Virus record (IMG/VR): IMGVR_UViG_3300025164_000635
Span: 31,305 to 95,304 of that record
DNA length: 64,000 nt
Direction: 5' to 3' (one strand)
Source: a virus
Positions 63,166-64,000 of this stretch are shown in pieces. Every line of letters begins with the position of its first letter. Positions within the stretch are counted from its first letter, which is position 1. Under the pieces are notes generated by a model. The model saw only the letters and a list, made by a program, of their open reading frames with translations. It searched no databases and had not been told where the DNA came from. A program made the translations under genes and the position numbers.

Positions 63166-63602
63166 ATGAAATCAGACGTAAACTCAAGGCATACCTGAGA
63201 CGGGACGACCCGAAGCAGGAGCGGGACCAATATGGTCTTCCCGTCTGTCCACTTACAGGTAAGATCGCAACCCAGATGCACGAGATCATCGAGTGGCCAG
63301 GCCGGAGATACGGTGACAAGTACGGCCATCGTGTCCGGGACAAAGAAGGCTTTGACTGCCTGGCCGAGATCTACTTCGTCAAGGAGCTATGTGTCCTCCT
63401 AGACGGCGAGGTCAATGTCAACCAAGCAAACATCAAGAGAGACTGGCTCCTGGGGCATCAGGCCGGGAAGTACGGCGTCCAGGCCGTCGTGACCGCTCTG
63501 GTGCGCCTGGGCCGCCATCTGAATCATCCCTACGAGTTCATCCCTCGCTTCATCATGGTGGGGGACAAGTTCAACGACATCACCATTGAGGAGAAACGAT
63601 GA
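63162..63602 (+). CDS. Hypothetical protein (possibly degenerate HNH-like)
   Basis: CP.TG......MHEII pattern; ATGA overlaps. Confidence 0.5.
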   Translation: MNEIRRKLKAYLRRDDPKQERDQYGLPVCPLTGKIATQMHEIIEWPGRRYGDKYGHRVRDKEGFDCLAEIYFVKELCVLLDGEVNVNQANIKRDWLLGHQAGKYGVQAVVTALVRLGRHLNHPYEFIPRFIMVGDKFNDITIEEKR

Positions 63603-64000
63603 AGACAAGTGAAAACATCAGTAACCTGACGACGGCATTGGCCGCTGCACAGGCCAAGATGAAACCGGCCAAGATGAACGCATTCAACCCGTTCCTCAAA
63701 AATAAGTACGCGGATCTGGGAAGCATCGTGGATGTCATCCAGTCCTTGCTCGCTGAGCAAGGGTTGTCCTACGTCCAGATGCCGAGCATGACAGATGGCG
63801 AACGGATCGGGATCGCTTTGACCACGCGCCTGATGCACAACAGCGGTGAATGGCTGGAGGACACATTCTTCATGCCAATGCCCGCCTCTGAGCCCGGCAA
63901 AAGCCTGATGCAGGTCGCAGGCAGCGCGATCACTTATGCACGCAGATATGCCTTGTCCGCTATGCTCAGTGTTGTGTCGGACGAGGACATGGACGGAAAT
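63599..64000 (+). CDS. erf: ERF-family single-strand annealing protein (partial)
   Basis: MKTSENI..L..ALA.AQ...NPFLKNKYADL...H.SGEW...GSAITYARRYAL......DED.DGN; runs off window. Confidence 0.9.
   Translation, partial: MKTSENISNLTTALAAAQAKMKPAKMNAFNPFLKNKYADLGSIVDVIQSLLAEQGLSYVQMPSMTDGERIGIALTTRLMHNSGEWLEDTFFMPMPASEPGKSLMQVAGSAITYARRYALSAMLSVVSDEDMDGN

Noticed and set aside
1-64000. Integrase, transposase, reverse transcriptase/DGR, lysis genes, alternative genetic code
   Set aside because: No motifs seen in this window; genes read normally in code 11 with all three stops used

Overview
The window is part of a tailed dsDNA phage genome (siphovirus-like). No integrase or host genes are visible. 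A Chloroflexota-type host is a tentative inference from a Csx15-like gene. The left arm (1-18.4 kb, minus strand) is the virion module: terminase large subunit, portal, accessory/fibre genes, scaffold, major capsid, head-tail connectors, tail tube and chaperones. It ends in a large ORF, missed by the ORF track, that runs off the window edge and starts with a PD-(D/E)xK nuclease-like domain. The right arm (18.5-64 kb, plus strand) carries early and replication genes. It opens with small-gene cassettes separated by structured RNA leaders: one canonical permuted twister ribozyme and three copies of a covarying twister-related motif. These are followed by an 800-aa YonO-like single-subunit RNA polymerase with an apparently rearranged motif order, a ~1 kb ornate non-coding RNA (GOLLD-like candidate) and tRNA-like elements. 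Further genes include a Csx15-like candidate type III anti-CRISPR, RadC, RNase HI, a DarB-like methylase-helicase, SSB, DHH phosphoesterase, PolX, a membrane FtsK/TraB-like ATPase, ParB, a DnaB-like helicase, primase and an ERF recombinase. Two motifs span the window: six copies of a parS-like palindrome (GTTTCGCSGCGAAAC) and a strongly over-represented CCGGGAAG/CTTCCNGGAAG motif. All family calls come from motif recognition by eye; no searches were run.
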